Assembly (NCBI GenBank): GCA_050874685.1
Contig: JBNMLD010000001.1
Location: 1-51,991, forward strand
Length of the DNA: 51,991 nucleotides
Origin: Candidatus Onthoplasma sp.
Lineage (GTDB): Bacteria; Bacillota; Clostridia; Christensenellales; UBA1242
Direction: 5' to 3'
Positions 27,251-37,146 of this stretch are shown here, in pieces. The notes beneath the pieces are model-generated. The model ran no database searches and was not told the origin of the DNA. It worked only from the letters and a program-made list of their open reading frames with translations. Every line of letters begins with the position of its first letter. Within the stretch, counting starts at the first letter, position 1. Both the position numbers and the translations under genes were made by a program.

Positions 27251-27586
27251 ATGGAAGATTGTGTATTTTGCAAAATCAGAAAAGGGGAGTTGCCAAGCAC
27301 AACTTTATATAAAGATGATGATTTTATGATTATCAAAGATATTAATCCTCAAGCAAAAGTTCACTTGATTGCAATTCCAACTGAACATGTGCCCACTATT
27401 GATGTAATGACTGATGAAGGCACAGCATTGCTTGGCAAAATCATGGGTAAAATCAGCCACATGCAAGCAGAATTGGGGCTTACAAATGGTTATCGTTTGG
27501 TGATTAATCAAGGCGAAGATGCTGGGCAAACAGTTGGTCATGTGCATATTCACATTCTCGGTGGCGAGAAACTTAAGGAACTTTAA
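27251..27586 (+). CDS. hit: HIT-family (histidine triad) nucleotide hydrolase
   Basis: CVFCKI N-terminus and HVHIHILGG triad. Confidence 0.9.
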   Translation: MEDCVFCKIRKGELPSTTLYKDDDFMIIKDINPQAKVHLIAIPTEHVPTIDVMTDEGTALLGKIMGKISHMQAELGLTNGYRLVINQGEDAGQTVGHVHIHILGGEKLKEL

Positions 27587-27613
27587 TTATTAAAAGATTT
27601 TTTGCAAAAAACA

Positions 27614-27642
27614 TTGACAATAGCTTTGTTTTACCTTATAAT
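27614..27642 (+). promoter_or_regulatory. consensus sigma-A promoter of rpsU
   Basis: TTGACA (27614-27619), 17 nt, TATAAT (27637-27642). Confidence 0.65.
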
Positions 27643-27680
27643 ATGTTTTAGTTTAGATCTAAAAGTGGGTGAAATAGGAT

Positions 27681-27869
27681 ATGACAACAATTCGTTGTGG
27701 TGAAAACGAATCAATCGAAAGCGCATTGAAACGTTTTAAACGTAAATGCCAAAAAGACGGCATCATCGGTGACTTGAAAAAGAAACAAGAATACGTTAAA
27801 CCAAGTGTTGCAAAAAAAGAAAAACAAAAAGCAGCACGCAAACGTGCGATGAAAAAATCAAGATATTAA
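27681..27869 (+). CDS. rpsU: 30S ribosomal protein S21
   Basis: [21 protein letters not shown] and a basic tail: textbook S21. Confidence 0.9.
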   Translation: MTTIRCGENESIESALKRFKRKCQKDGIIGDLKKKQEYVKPSVAKKEKQKAARKRAMKKSRY

Positions 27870-27878
27870 TCTTAAAGG

Positions 27879-27906
27879 AGTGCCACATTGTTGGCACTTT
27901 TTTTTA
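27879..27906 (+). terminator. rpsU terminator
   Basis: AGTGCCA / TGGCACT stem, loop CATTGT, long T-run. Confidence 0.75.
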
Positions 27907-28206
27907 TTCAAAAAGTATTAGATAGCAAAAAGTGAATTTCAATGCTTAAAAGCATTGTTAGATAAACGATGATGATAGTTGTATTCAATTTTTTGGATTT
28001 GCAAATGATAAACACAAAACAAAAAGGGGAACAAAATTTATTTAGATTTATTTAAATGTTTGCGTTTGTTTTTTTTGTGTGATATAATTTAAACATAAAG
28101 CATGGAAGTTTTGTTTGATGGTTAAAGTTTTTAAGATAAAAGCCTTAAATTAACTTAATAGCAAAAGTTATTCTGTGTGAAATTTTTTTTAATCCAAAGG
28201 AGCAAT

Positions 28207-30504
28207 ATGGACTATCGCACACTGCTTAATGACGAACAATATCAGGCCGTAACAGCAACAGACGGCCCTGTTTTGGTTAGCGCTGGTGCAGGCAGTGGCA
28301 AGACACGTTTGCTTACTTATCGCATAGCATATTTGATAACAGAACGTGGTGTACCCGCCTATAAAATATTGGCAATAACATTCACAAACAAGGCTGCTGG
28401 GGAAATGAAAGACAGGATAACAAAAATTGCCCCTGATGGCGATATGGTTACCGTTTGCACATTCCACAGTTTTTGTGCGCGTATGCTTCGTACGTATGCA
28501 AGTTTCCTAAAAGGATATAAAGAAAATTTTACCATTTTTAGTGAAACGGATACTGCAAAAATTTTTAAAGATATTTTTAAGCAGATGAATATCACAGACG
28601 AAGATACAAAATGTAAATTTAAACATAACCTTTCAACAATCAAGAATGAGAATATGACAGTTGAAGAGTATGCAAATATTAATAGATATGACCATTCAAT
28701 GCCAGAATTTGTTAAGTTTTTTAATCTTTATCAAGATGAATTGAAAAAAAATAATGCAATGGACTTTGATGATTTGCTTATAAATTTTTATCAACTGATT
28801 TCCACCACACCAGAAGTGTTAGATAGCATACAAAATAAATACACTTATTTTAGTGTTGACGAGTTTCAGGACACAAACCAACTTCAATATGATATTGTAA
28901 AATTGCTGGCATCTCGCACAAGAAATTTATTGATTGTGGGCGATGAAGACCAATCTATTTATGGTTGGAGAGGTGCAAATATTGACAATATATTCAATTT
29001 CCAACGAGATTTTAGTGATGCAAAAGTTTTTAAACTTGAACAGAATTATAGGAGTACAAAAAAAATTCTTGACCGTGCAAATTTGATTATAAAAAACAAC
29101 AAAAACCGTTTAGATAAACAACTTTACACAAACAATGAAGAGGGCAGTGAAGTATATTATTATCCTGCACAGAATGAAACAGACGAAGCAGATTTTGTTG
29201 TTCGCAATATCATTCGTATGCACACAGCTGGCACACCTTATCATGAAATGGCAATTTTGATGCGCCTTAATGCATTGTCACGTGCTTTTGAAGAAAAACT
29301 TTTGGCATACAATATTCCACATATCATGTATAACGGCTTCAAATTTTTTGAACGTGCAGAAATTAAAAGTGTTTTGGCATACTTAACAGCATTGGTAAAT
29401 CCTGATGACGATGTAAGTTTTTTGAGGATAATCAATTTCCCAAAACGAGGTATTGGGGATACAAGTATTGCGAAATTAACAGAAATAGCAACAAAGGATA
29501 GGGTTTCACTTAAACAAGTTGTTATGGATATTGATAAGCAAATTTTGCCAAAGGCATTGAAAGACAAACTGATACCTTTAAGAGATTTGCTTGCTGATTT
29601 GCAAAATAATATGAATACCATGGGTATGTATGATTTCTTTACATATCTTTTGGAACAAGCAAAAATCACAGAATCATTTGATTCAAACAATGAACAAGAG
29701 TATGAACGTTCATTAAACGTAAACTCACTTGCAAATTCGGTTAGAGAGTTTGAGGAAAACAATCAAGGTGCAACAATTGTAGATTATCTTCAATCAGTGA
29801 CACTTTCAAGCGCAATGGATACAGACGATGGAGAAGGTGTGGTTATAGCAACAATCCATGGGGCAAAAGGGCTTGAATTTGATACCGTGTTTGTTGTTGG
29901 GTGCGAAGAAAAGATTTTTCCTATCAGCAGAGATGATGAAACAGATTTGGAAGAAGAACGCAGACTTATGTACGTTGCAGTTACACGTGCAAAAAAGGAC
30001 TTATTTTTGACATCAAGTTCATCACGATTTATGTATGGCAAAAGGGAATATAGTGTAAAATCTAGGTTTCTTTATGAACTTAATTTGGCAAAAGAAAGGC
30101 AAATAAATTCAGGTTTCAATTCATACAATAACTATAACAATTTTAACAATCATGATGACTATGATGATTATAGTTATGGCCATGGCGATAGGCAAGATTA
30201 CAATTCAAATTTTTTTAAAACTTACAAGACTTACAAAACAAATCAAGGAGACAATATGAACAACTTACAAACAAATACAAACAAAGTTTTTAACTATACA
30301 TTTGGCAAAGACACTGTTGAGAAGAAAACAGTAGATTTTTCAAAAATCAAATTAGGTGCAAAAGTTAGCCACCCTAAATTTGGCGATGGCGTGATAACAG
30401 AAATTACACCTAATAGTAGCAATCACTGTGTTAAAATCAAATTTGATTTGGTTGGCGAAAAAATGCTTTCTTTGGAATATGCTCCAATTGAATTTAAGGA
30501 TTAA
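28207..30504 (+). CDS. pcrA: ATP-dependent DNA helicase PcrA/UvrD
   Basis: Start moved to ATG 28207 (AAAGGAG RBS). GAGSGKT, VDEFQDTN, YRSTKKIL, TIHGAKGLEF, VAVTRAKK. C-terminal Tudor-like HPKFGDGVI segment after an N/Y/D-rich linker. Confidence 0.9.
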   Translation: MDYRTLLNDEQYQAVTATDGPVLVSAGAGSGKTRLLTYRIAYLITERGVPAYKILAITFTNKAAGEMKDRITKIAPDGDMVTVCTFHSFCARMLRTYASFLKGYKENFTIFSETDTAKIFKDIFKQMNITDEDTKCKFKHNLSTIKNENMTVEEYANINRYDHSMPEFVKFFNLYQDELKKNNAMDFDDLLINFYQLISTTPEVLDSIQNKYTYFSVDEFQDTNQLQYDIVKLLASRTRNLLIVGDEDQSIYGWRGANIDNIFNFQRDFSDAKVFKLEQNYRSTKKILDRANLIIKNNKNRLDKQLYTNNEEGSEVYYYPAQNETDEADFVVRNIIRMHTAGTPYHEMAILMRLNALSRAFEEKLLAYNIPHIMYNGFKFFERAEIKSVLAYLTALVNPDDDVSFLRIINFPKRGIGDTSIAKLTEIATKDRVSLKQVVMDIDKQILPKALKDKLIPLRDLLADLQNNMNTMGMYDFFTYLLEQAKITESFDSNNEQEYERSLNVNSLANSVREFEENNQGATIVDYLQSVTLSSAMDTDDGEGVVIATIHGAKGLEFDTVFVVGCEEKIFPISRDDETDLEEERRLMYVAVTRAKKDLFLTSSSSRFMYGKREYSVKSRFLYELNLAKERQINSGFNSYNNYNNFNNHDDYDDYSYGHGDRQDYNSNFFKTYKTYKTNQGDNMNNLQTNTNKVFNYTFGKDTVEKKTVDFSKIKLGAKVSHPKFGDGVITEITPNSSNHCVKIKFDLVGEKMLSLEYAPIEFKD

Positions 30505-30510
30505 TTAAAC

Positions 30511-32469
30511 ATGACAAAGCAAGAGAGATTGGTTTATTTAACAAACGAAATCAACAAACATAACAAAAATTATTATGTTTATGATAACCCAACAATTTCA
30601 GATGCTGAATATGACAAACTTTATTATGAATTGGTTGACCTAGAAAAAGAACTAGGTTATTCTTTGCCAGACACACCAACAAAACGTGTTGGCGATTATG
30701 TCTTGCCAGGTTTTAAAAAGCGCAGACATGAAATTCCACTTTATAGCCTTAACAAGGTTAAAGATTTTGCTGACTTGGATAAGTGGCAACAAGATATGCG
30801 CAAGGCAACAGGCAATCCAAATTTAAAGTTTTCACTTGAATATAAATATGATGGATTAAAAGTTGTTATTAAATATCAAAATGGGCATTATAAGTCTGCC
30901 ACCACACGTGGCAATGGCAAGATTGGTGAAGATGTTACAGCGCAAGTTAGGACTATTCGCAGTGTGCCAATGACAATTCCTTGCAAAGAAACTTTAACTG
31001 TTCAAGGCGAATGTATGATGACAAATTCAGCCTTTGAAGAATACAACAAAACTGCAGAAATTCCACTCAAAAACCCAAGAAATGGTGTGGCAGGGGCAGT
31101 TAGGAACCTTGACCCAAAAGAGACAGCAAAAAGGATGTTGGATTTCTTTTGCTATGATGTTTTATCGCTTGAAGATAGGCAATTTTCAACCCAAACAGAA
31201 ATGCACGATTTTATTGTTGAACAAGGTTTTAAAACGGGCAATTATTTTAAAATCCTTTCCACATTAAAGCAGGCGGAAGATGAAATCAATCATATAGACA
31301 AAGTCAAAGACAATTTGGACGTGATGATTGACGGAATGGTTATCAAGGTTGATGATTGCACATGCAGGGAAAATATTGGCTATACAGAAAAGTTCCCTAA
31401 ATGGGCTATGGCATTTAAATTTAAACCAGTTGAGCAGTCCACAATTTTAAAAGATGTCATTTGGCAAGTTGGAAGGACGGGCAAAATTACACCTATTGCC
31501 GTGCTTGACCCTGTTGAACTATCTGGTGCAACAGTTAGTAGAGCAACACTTAACAATACACAAGATATTGAACGTAAAAATATAAGTATCAATAGTCGAA
31601 TTTTTGTTCGCAGAAGCAATGAAGTTATCCCAGAAGTTATGGGTTTGGCAGAAAGAGCCGATGATGCAAAAGATATAATTGCTCCAACAATTTGCCCAAG
31701 TTGTGGTGCGGAATTAAAAACAATTGGCGCAAATTTATTTTGTGTAAATCACAAAGGTTGTTATGACCAAATCATTGATAGATTGACGCATTTTGTATCT
31801 CGTGATGCGTTTAATATTGAAGGTTTAAGTGAAAAGACACTTAAGGTCTTGTTTGAAAAATTTAAGATTGCTTATCCTTATGAATTGTTTAATTTAACTG
31901 CCGATATGCTAGTTGGTTTGGAAGGCTTTAAAGATAAAAAGATTTCAAATTTGATTGAAAGCATCAATAAAAGCAAAGATATAGAATGGTCAAATTTCAT
32001 TTTTGCATTGGGGATAATGAATATCGGCAAAAAAACCGCTTTTACTTTGAGCAAGATTTACGAAAATCTTGATGCTTTAAAATCTGCTAGTGTTGATGAA
32101 TTGATTTGTATTGATGATATTGGTGCGATTGTTGCAACAAGCATTGTTGAGTATTTTGCTGACCCTGATAATATTGAAAATATCAACAAATTGTTTGATG
32201 CTGGGGTAATAATAAAAAAACCAGAAGTTCAAAATTATAATGAAAATTTTGCAAATAAAACAATAGTTTTAACAGGCAGTTTAAACAATTATTCCCGCCC
32301 AGATTTAACAAAAATTTTGCAAAATATGGGTGCAAATGTAACAACCAGTGTAAGTAAAAATACAGACATTGTTATTGTTGGTGCTGATGCGGGTAGCAAA
32401 CTTGCAAAAGCGCAACAATTGGGCATTAGATTGATGTATGAAGATGAATTGCAAAATTTGTTAAAATAG
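30511..32469 (+). CDS. ligA: NAD-dependent DNA ligase
   Basis: Adenylation motif EYKYDGL, Zn finger CPSCG...CVNHKGC, HhH region, C-terminal BRCT (TIVLTGSL). Confidence 0.95.
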   Translation: MTKQERLVYLTNEINKHNKNYYVYDNPTISDAEYDKLYYELVDLEKELGYSLPDTPTKRVGDYVLPGFKKRRHEIPLYSLNKVKDFADLDKWQQDMRKATGNPNLKFSLEYKYDGLKVVIKYQNGHYKSATTRGNGKIGEDVTAQVRTIRSVPMTIPCKETLTVQGECMMTNSAFEEYNKTAEIPLKNPRNGVAGAVRNLDPKETAKRMLDFFCYDVLSLEDRQFSTQTEMHDFIVEQGFKTGNYFKILSTLKQAEDEINHIDKVKDNLDVMIDGMVIKVDDCTCRENIGYTEKFPKWAMAFKFKPVEQSTILKDVIWQVGRTGKITPIAVLDPVELSGATVSRATLNNTQDIERKNISINSRIFVRRSNEVIPEVMGLAERADDAKDIIAPTICPSCGAELKTIGANLFCVNHKGCYDQIIDRLTHFVSRDAFNIEGLSEKTLKVLFEKFKIAYPYELFNLTADMLVGLEGFKDKKISNLIESINKSKDIEWSNFIFALGIMNIGKKTAFTLSKIYENLDALKSASVDELICIDDIGAIVATSIVEYFADPDNIENINKLFDAGVIIKKPEVQNYNENFANKTIVLTGSLNNYSRPDLTKILQNMGANVTTSVSKNTDIVIVGADAGSKLAKAQQLGIRLMYEDELQNLLK

Positions 32470-32482
32470 TATTTTAATTTCG

Positions 32483-32511
32483 TTGACAAGATGTTTATTT
32501 TGTGAAATAAT
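32483..32511 (+). promoter_or_regulatory. candidate promoter of the two-gene small-protein cassette
   Basis: TTGACA (32483-32488), 17 nt, AATAAT (32506-32511), with TGa extended -10. Confidence 0.5.
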
Positions 32512-32559
32512 GCAGTTAAGAGAAACTTTTTAAAATAGCATATCTTATTGAGGGCTTTT

Positions 32560-32907
32560 ATGAACAAAATAACCATTATTTACACATACTTTCAAAGGAA
32601 GGTTGAGAGGCTTGTTGCAAAACATGTGCCAAATGAAAAATGGCTGCCGCTCGCCGAAATGAAGAAAGGGAGATTGATGGTTAAATTTTATGATTACTAT
32701 TTGTCTGATTGCAGTGATTTGCCATGCTTGGTTTTTGCGCTAACTCCTTCAAATGTAGTACTTACATCAAATATGACAGATTGCTCTTCAATTGATGTTG
32801 GTGCATTAAAAAAAGATTGGCTTTCATTCTATAACAATTTTAGCACCACAGGCTATGGTAAAGTTGATGAAGATATTGATGAAGATGAGGATTATTATGT
32901 ATTATAG
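32560..32907 (+). CDS. hypothetical small protein A (115 aa, acidic C-terminal tail)
   Basis: ATG 32560 preceded by GAGGG (5-nt spacer). The track ORF starts at TTG 32548, and ATG 32677 (AAAGGGAG RBS) is an alternative. No TM segment, signal peptide or known motif. Confidence 0.5.
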   Translation: MNKITIIYTYFQRKVERLVAKHVPNEKWLPLAEMKKGRLMVKFYDYYLSDCSDLPCLVFALTPSNVVLTSNMTDCSSIDVGALKKDWLSFYNNFSTTGYGKVDEDIDEDEDYYVL

Positions 32908-33238
32908 AACATTTACAGCACAATTACCAGTTGAAACAAAAATTGCAGTTATTTCAAGTTTGAAGAAATATACGAACATTAAATGCGACCCAATCTATTA
33001 CCACTTAAATTGTTGCGATGAATTTTATGTTGATTTAAAAGACTCTGGCGAAGTTCTTGCTGAACTTGAGTTTTCAGATTTTGGTGTTAAGTTAATGAAC
33101 AGACCTGCAAAAGGTTTTAAAATTGATATTGATTCTATCAACAGCAATTGGCAAGCCGAATTGTTTGAAAGTTTTGGCATGAAATATTCAAAAAAATTGG
33201 AAGAAACCAGCGATAAAGGTTCAACCATTGAATTATAA
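32897..33238 (+). CDS. hypothetical small protein B (113 aa), apparent paralogue of protein A
   Basis: ATG 32897 after GAGGA, overlapping gene A by 11 nt. Shares the F-Y dipeptide at residues 43-44 and the downstream L..L.F / ID / W / F..F spacing with A (by eye). Confidence 0.55.
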   Translation: MYYRTFTAQLPVETKIAVISSLKKYTNIKCDPIYYHLNCCDEFYVDLKDSGEVLAELEFSDFGVKLMNRPAKGFKIDIDSINSNWQAELFESFGMKYSKKLEETSDKGSTIEL

Positions 33239-33342
33239 TTCACAACAAATTGCAAATTACATATAGTTTAGGTCAAATTAAACGTGCTAGATTGGCAAGT
33301 TTAATGTCAAAAATGCTAAATTATAGCAAACTAAATATGCAA

Positions 33343-33380
33343 AACACACTAATTTTGTTTTGAAAATAGTGTGTTTTTTT
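33343..33380 (+). terminator. terminator of the small-protein cassette
   Basis: AACACACTA (33343-33351) / TAGTGTGTT (33367-33375) followed by a T-run. Confidence 0.7.
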
Positions 33381-33388
33381 GTTATAAT
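33380..33388 (+). promoter_or_regulatory. extended -10 element upstream of smc
   Basis: TGTTATAAT immediately after the terminator T-run. No clear -35. Confidence 0.4.
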
Positions 33389-33452
33389 ATTTGTGCTTTT
33401 AAACATTAATCAATTGCACAAATTGTGCTTGATTAAATACAAATGGGGAAAT

Positions 33453-36400
33453 ATGATTAATTTTAAAGAGATCGAAATCACAGGCTTTAAATCATTTGCT
33501 GATCCAACAAAAATCAGTTTTGATGGTGGTATCACTGCCATTGTTGGTCCAAATGGTTGTGGCAAATCAAATGTTAGTGATGCAATTCGTTGGGTGCTTG
33601 GTGAACAATCAAGCAAGGCTTTGCGTGGTAAAAGCATGCAAGATGTTATTTTTGCAGGCACTGAAAAACGCAAAAAATTGAGTTATTGTGAAGTGTCACT
33701 TGTTTTTGATAACACTCAAAAATGGTTCAACATTGATTTAGATGAAGTTTGTTTAACACGTAAATTGTATCGCAGTGGCGAAAGTGATTATATGATTAAC
33801 AAAAAGCCATGTCGCTTAAAAGATATTCGTGACTTGCTTTATGATAGCGGTATTGGTAAAGATGGGTATTCAATTATCGGTCAAGGTAGGGTTGATGAAA
33901 TTATTCAATCAAAACCAGAAGATAGACGTGCAATTTTTGAAGAGGCTGCAGGTATTGCTAAATACAAAGCACGCAAAACTGAAACAGAAAGCCGTCTTGC
34001 ACGTGTTAGGGACAATTTGAGCCGTGCAAACGATATTATTGGCGAAGTGGAGCGCAGGTTAGGGCCTCTTAAACGTCAAAGTGAAGATGCAAAAAAGTAT
34101 CTGGAATTGCGTGACCAATTAAAACAAAATGAAGTCAATGCTTATGTATATCAATTTGAGCATGCTGCACAAACAAAAAATGAAATTAATGTAAAGTTAC
34201 AAGGGTATAGGGATAATTTAAATGTCTTAACAAATAGCCTTGAAACAGAACAAGCAAAGTATGACAAATCATTGAATGAAATTGACCAATTGGACAAAAG
34301 GTCTGCAGACATTCATAACAAGTTGCTTGAAGCCACCGTCAATATGGAAAAGAAGCAAGGTGACACAAAACTTTTAAATGAACAAACACGTTATTTAAAA
34401 GAGCAGATTGACCGTTTGACAAGCCAAATTGACGCATTGAATTTAGATGTAAATCAAAAAACCGCTTTTGTTACAAGTGCAAATTCTGCTTGTGAAGAAG
34501 AAAGGCAAAAATTAAACAAATTACATAAAGAGTCTCAAGAATTAAGTGAAAAACACTTAACATTGATTGATGACCTCACAAAAAATGAAACTGAAAAAGA
34601 AGAAAATCAACGCAGTTTGATTGATAATCTTGCAAAACTTACTGACATAAAAGCAAATTTGTCTGCTTATATTGCAAAACGTGACACAATGCTTGAAAAT
34701 GTTAAAAATGACAATGAAAAATTGTCTGCATTGCAAACTGAACAAACAAATTTGGCTGAACTTGTTAAAAATTTGGCAACAGAAGTTGAACGTCTAAATT
34801 CAACAAAACAAAGCAAAGAAAAATCACTTAACCAATTGAACAGTCAAATCAATGAGTTGTCTGAACAAATGGACAATTTGTCAGAATCAATTTATGCACT
34901 TAAAACTGGTATTTCAAACGACACAAACCGCAAGAATATTTTGGCAAATCTTCAAGCAGATTTTGAAGGATATCAATTTGCGGTTAAGCGCTTGATGCAA
35001 GATAGCAAATCAAACTCAACTTTAAACACAGCAATTCAAGGTGTTGTGGGCAATATTATTTCAGTTGATTCAAAATATTCAACAGCAATTGAAATTGCTT
35101 TAGGCGGTAGCATTCAAAACATCGTAACAAAAGACGAAAATGATGCAAAAACCTTGATTAACTATTTAAAACAGGCACATTTGGGCAGAGCAACATTTTT
35201 GCCAATTAGTGCGGTAAAACCACGCTCAATTTCAAACAGTGATAGACAATACTTAAACACAACTGGTTGCTTGGGTGTTGCAAGTGAACTTGTAAAATGT
35301 GAGCCTGTATATCGTTCAGTTATTGATAGTTTGCTTGGTGCAACAGTGGTGTGTGACAATCTTGACAATGCAGTTTTCTTGGCAAAACGTTCAGGATATG
35401 CTTTCCGTATTGTAACACTTGAAGGCGATTTATTGTCTCCACAAGGCAGTATGTCCGGTGGTAGCAAAAAGAGCAATGATAGTTCACTTTTAAGCAAAGA
35501 AAGCGAAATTAAAGCGCTTGAACAAAACATTGCAAATAAATCTGCTGAACTTCGTGGGCTGGAAAAAGAATATTTGTCAGTAAACGAAAAACTTGAAAAA
35601 CTTAAATCTTTGCTTTCAAGTGAAAATGCAAGTTTGCAAGCAGTAAACAGTGATTACTACAGCAAGAATGCAAGCCTTGAAAATCACAAGGCAAAACTTG
35701 AACAAATCAATGAAGATATATTCACTTATCAAAGCCAAATCAAGGTGGCAACAAATATCGTCAATGAACTTAACACTCAAATTAATTCAATTGACCAAGT
35801 TGAACTTGATTACACACAAACTCAAGCAAAAGTGGGTGAGTTCAATGAAAGCAACAAAAATGCTTATGAGGAATTGAAGTCAAGAAGAGATGAATATCAA
35901 GAAGCATTGACAGCATCTCGCATCAAGATTGCTTCCACTGAAGAAAAGATTAAATCTCTTGAAAAAGATATTGAAACATATACTGCCGATGTTGCAAACA
36001 CAAAGCAAACAATTGAAAAATTAAATAGTGAATTGTTAAGTCAAATGCGTGTATATGACGAAGCAATGAACTTAAATAAATCTAAAAATCAAAATAACGA
36101 AATTGATGATTTGAAGCGTGAAATTGAAGATTTAAATACTAAAATAAGTCAATTTGACGAGTTTAAACAAACATTAATGCGTGAATTGAAAGATTTGGAC
36201 GATAAAAAGACAGTTTTAACAGGCGACATTGCCAAACTTAACAATAAAATTTATCAAGAAGAGACAAGACTTCAAAAGGTTGATATTGATATTGAAAATA
36301 TGCAAGAACGCATTTATGAAGAATACGAACTTACATATAATGACTGCGTTCAACTTAAAATGATTACAGACGAGTTTGATTTGAAAGAAACTTTGATTCA

Positions 36401-37079
36401 AATCAACAAAATCAAAAATCAAATCAATGCATTGGGCTATGTAAACGTCAATGCGATTGAAGAGTATAAGACTGAAGGCGCAAGATATGAAGAGATGTCA
36501 ACTCAAGTTGATGACCTGAAAAAAGCAGAAGAAGATGCTGTGAATATCATCAAAGATTTGTCAAAAGAAATGCTTGATAAATTCAATACAGAGTTTGAAC
36601 AAATTCAGGCTAACTTCACAAAAGTGTTTAAAGAATTGTTTGGCGGTGGTAATGCTCGTCTTGAAATTCTTCCAAGCGAAGACCCACTTACAGCCGGTAT
36701 TGAAATTATTGCTCAACCACCAGGCAAAATGTTAAGCAATATCACACTTTTAAGTGGTGGCGAAAAGACAATGACCGCAATCGCAATTTTGTTTGCAATA
36801 TTAAAATTAAAGCCAATGCCATTCTGTTTCTTGGACGAAATTGAAGCCGCTTTGGACGATGCAAATATTGAACGTTATGCGCAATATTTAAAACGTTTCA
36901 GTGATGAAACACAATTTATTGTTATCACTCACCGTAAACCTACAATGGAAGTTGTTGACACATTATATGGTGTTACAATGGAAGAAAAAGGTGTAAGTAA
37001 AATAGTATCAGTTAAATTGAGTGATGCTGTTAAACTTTCAAGTGAAGAAAAACATGATAATGATGAGATTAAAGGTTAA
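33453..37079 (+). CDS. smc: chromosome partition protein Smc
   Basis: Start moved to ATG 33453. Walker A GPNGCGKSN, long coiled coils, hinge (GVVGNIISV), signature LSGGEKT, Walker B FCFLDEIEAALD. Confidence 0.95.
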   Translation: MINFKEIEITGFKSFADPTKISFDGGITAIVGPNGCGKSNVSDAIRWVLGEQSSKALRGKSMQDVIFAGTEKRKKLSYCEVSLVFDNTQKWFNIDLDEVCLTRKLYRSGESDYMINKKPCRLKDIRDLLYDSGIGKDGYSIIGQGRVDEIIQSKPEDRRAIFEEAAGIAKYKARKTETESRLARVRDNLSRANDIIGEVERRLGPLKRQSEDAKKYLELRDQLKQNEVNAYVYQFEHAAQTKNEINVKLQGYRDNLNVLTNSLETEQAKYDKSLNEIDQLDKRSADIHNKLLEATVNMEKKQGDTKLLNEQTRYLKEQIDRLTSQIDALNLDVNQKTAFVTSANSACEEERQKLNKLHKESQELSEKHLTLIDDLTKNETEKEENQRSLIDNLAKLTDIKANLSAYIAKRDTMLENVKNDNEKLSALQTEQTNLAELVKNLATEVERLNSTKQSKEKSLNQLNSQINELSEQMDNLSESIYALKTGISNDTNRKNILANLQADFEGYQFAVKRLMQDSKSNSTLNTAIQGVVGNIISVDSKYSTAIEIALGGSIQNIVTKDENDAKTLINYLKQAHLGRATFLPISAVKPRSISNSDRQYLNTTGCLGVASELVKCEPVYRSVIDSLLGATVVCDNLDNAVFLAKRSGYAFRIVTLEGDLLSPQGSMSGGSKKSNDSSLLSKESEIKALEQNIANKSAELRGLEKEYLSVNEKLEKLKSLLSSENASLQAVNSDYYSKNASLENHKAKLEQINEDIFTYQSQIKVATNIVNELNTQINSIDQVELDYTQTQAKVGEFNESNKNAYEELKSRRDEYQEALTASRIKIASTEEKIKSLEKDIETYTADVANTKQTIEKLNSELLSQMRVYDEAMNLNKSKNQNNEIDDLKREIEDLNTKISQFDEFKQTLMRELKDLDDKKTVLTGDIAKLNNKIYQEETRLQKVDIDIENMQERIYEEYELTYNDCVQLKMITDEFDLKETLIQINKIKNQINALGYVNVNAIEEYKTEGARYEEMSTQVDDLKKAEEDAVNIIKDLSKEMLDKFNTEFEQIQANFTKVFKELFGGGNARLEILPSEDPLTAGIEIIAQPPGKMLSNITLLSGGEKTMTAIAILFAILKLKPMPFCFLDEIEAALDDANIERYAQYLKRFSDETQFIVITHRKPTMEVVDTLYGVTMEEKGVSKIVSVKLSDAVKLSSEEKHDNDEIKG

Positions 37080-37146
37080 ATACACAATATATTGTTGTGT
37101 ATTCCTTTTGTTGTTTATCATAAAATATAAAACAAAAAGGTATATT

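Noticed and set aside
29241-29762. 173-aa antisense ORF inside pcrA.
   Set aside because: It is opposite conserved helicase motifs and has no independent support.
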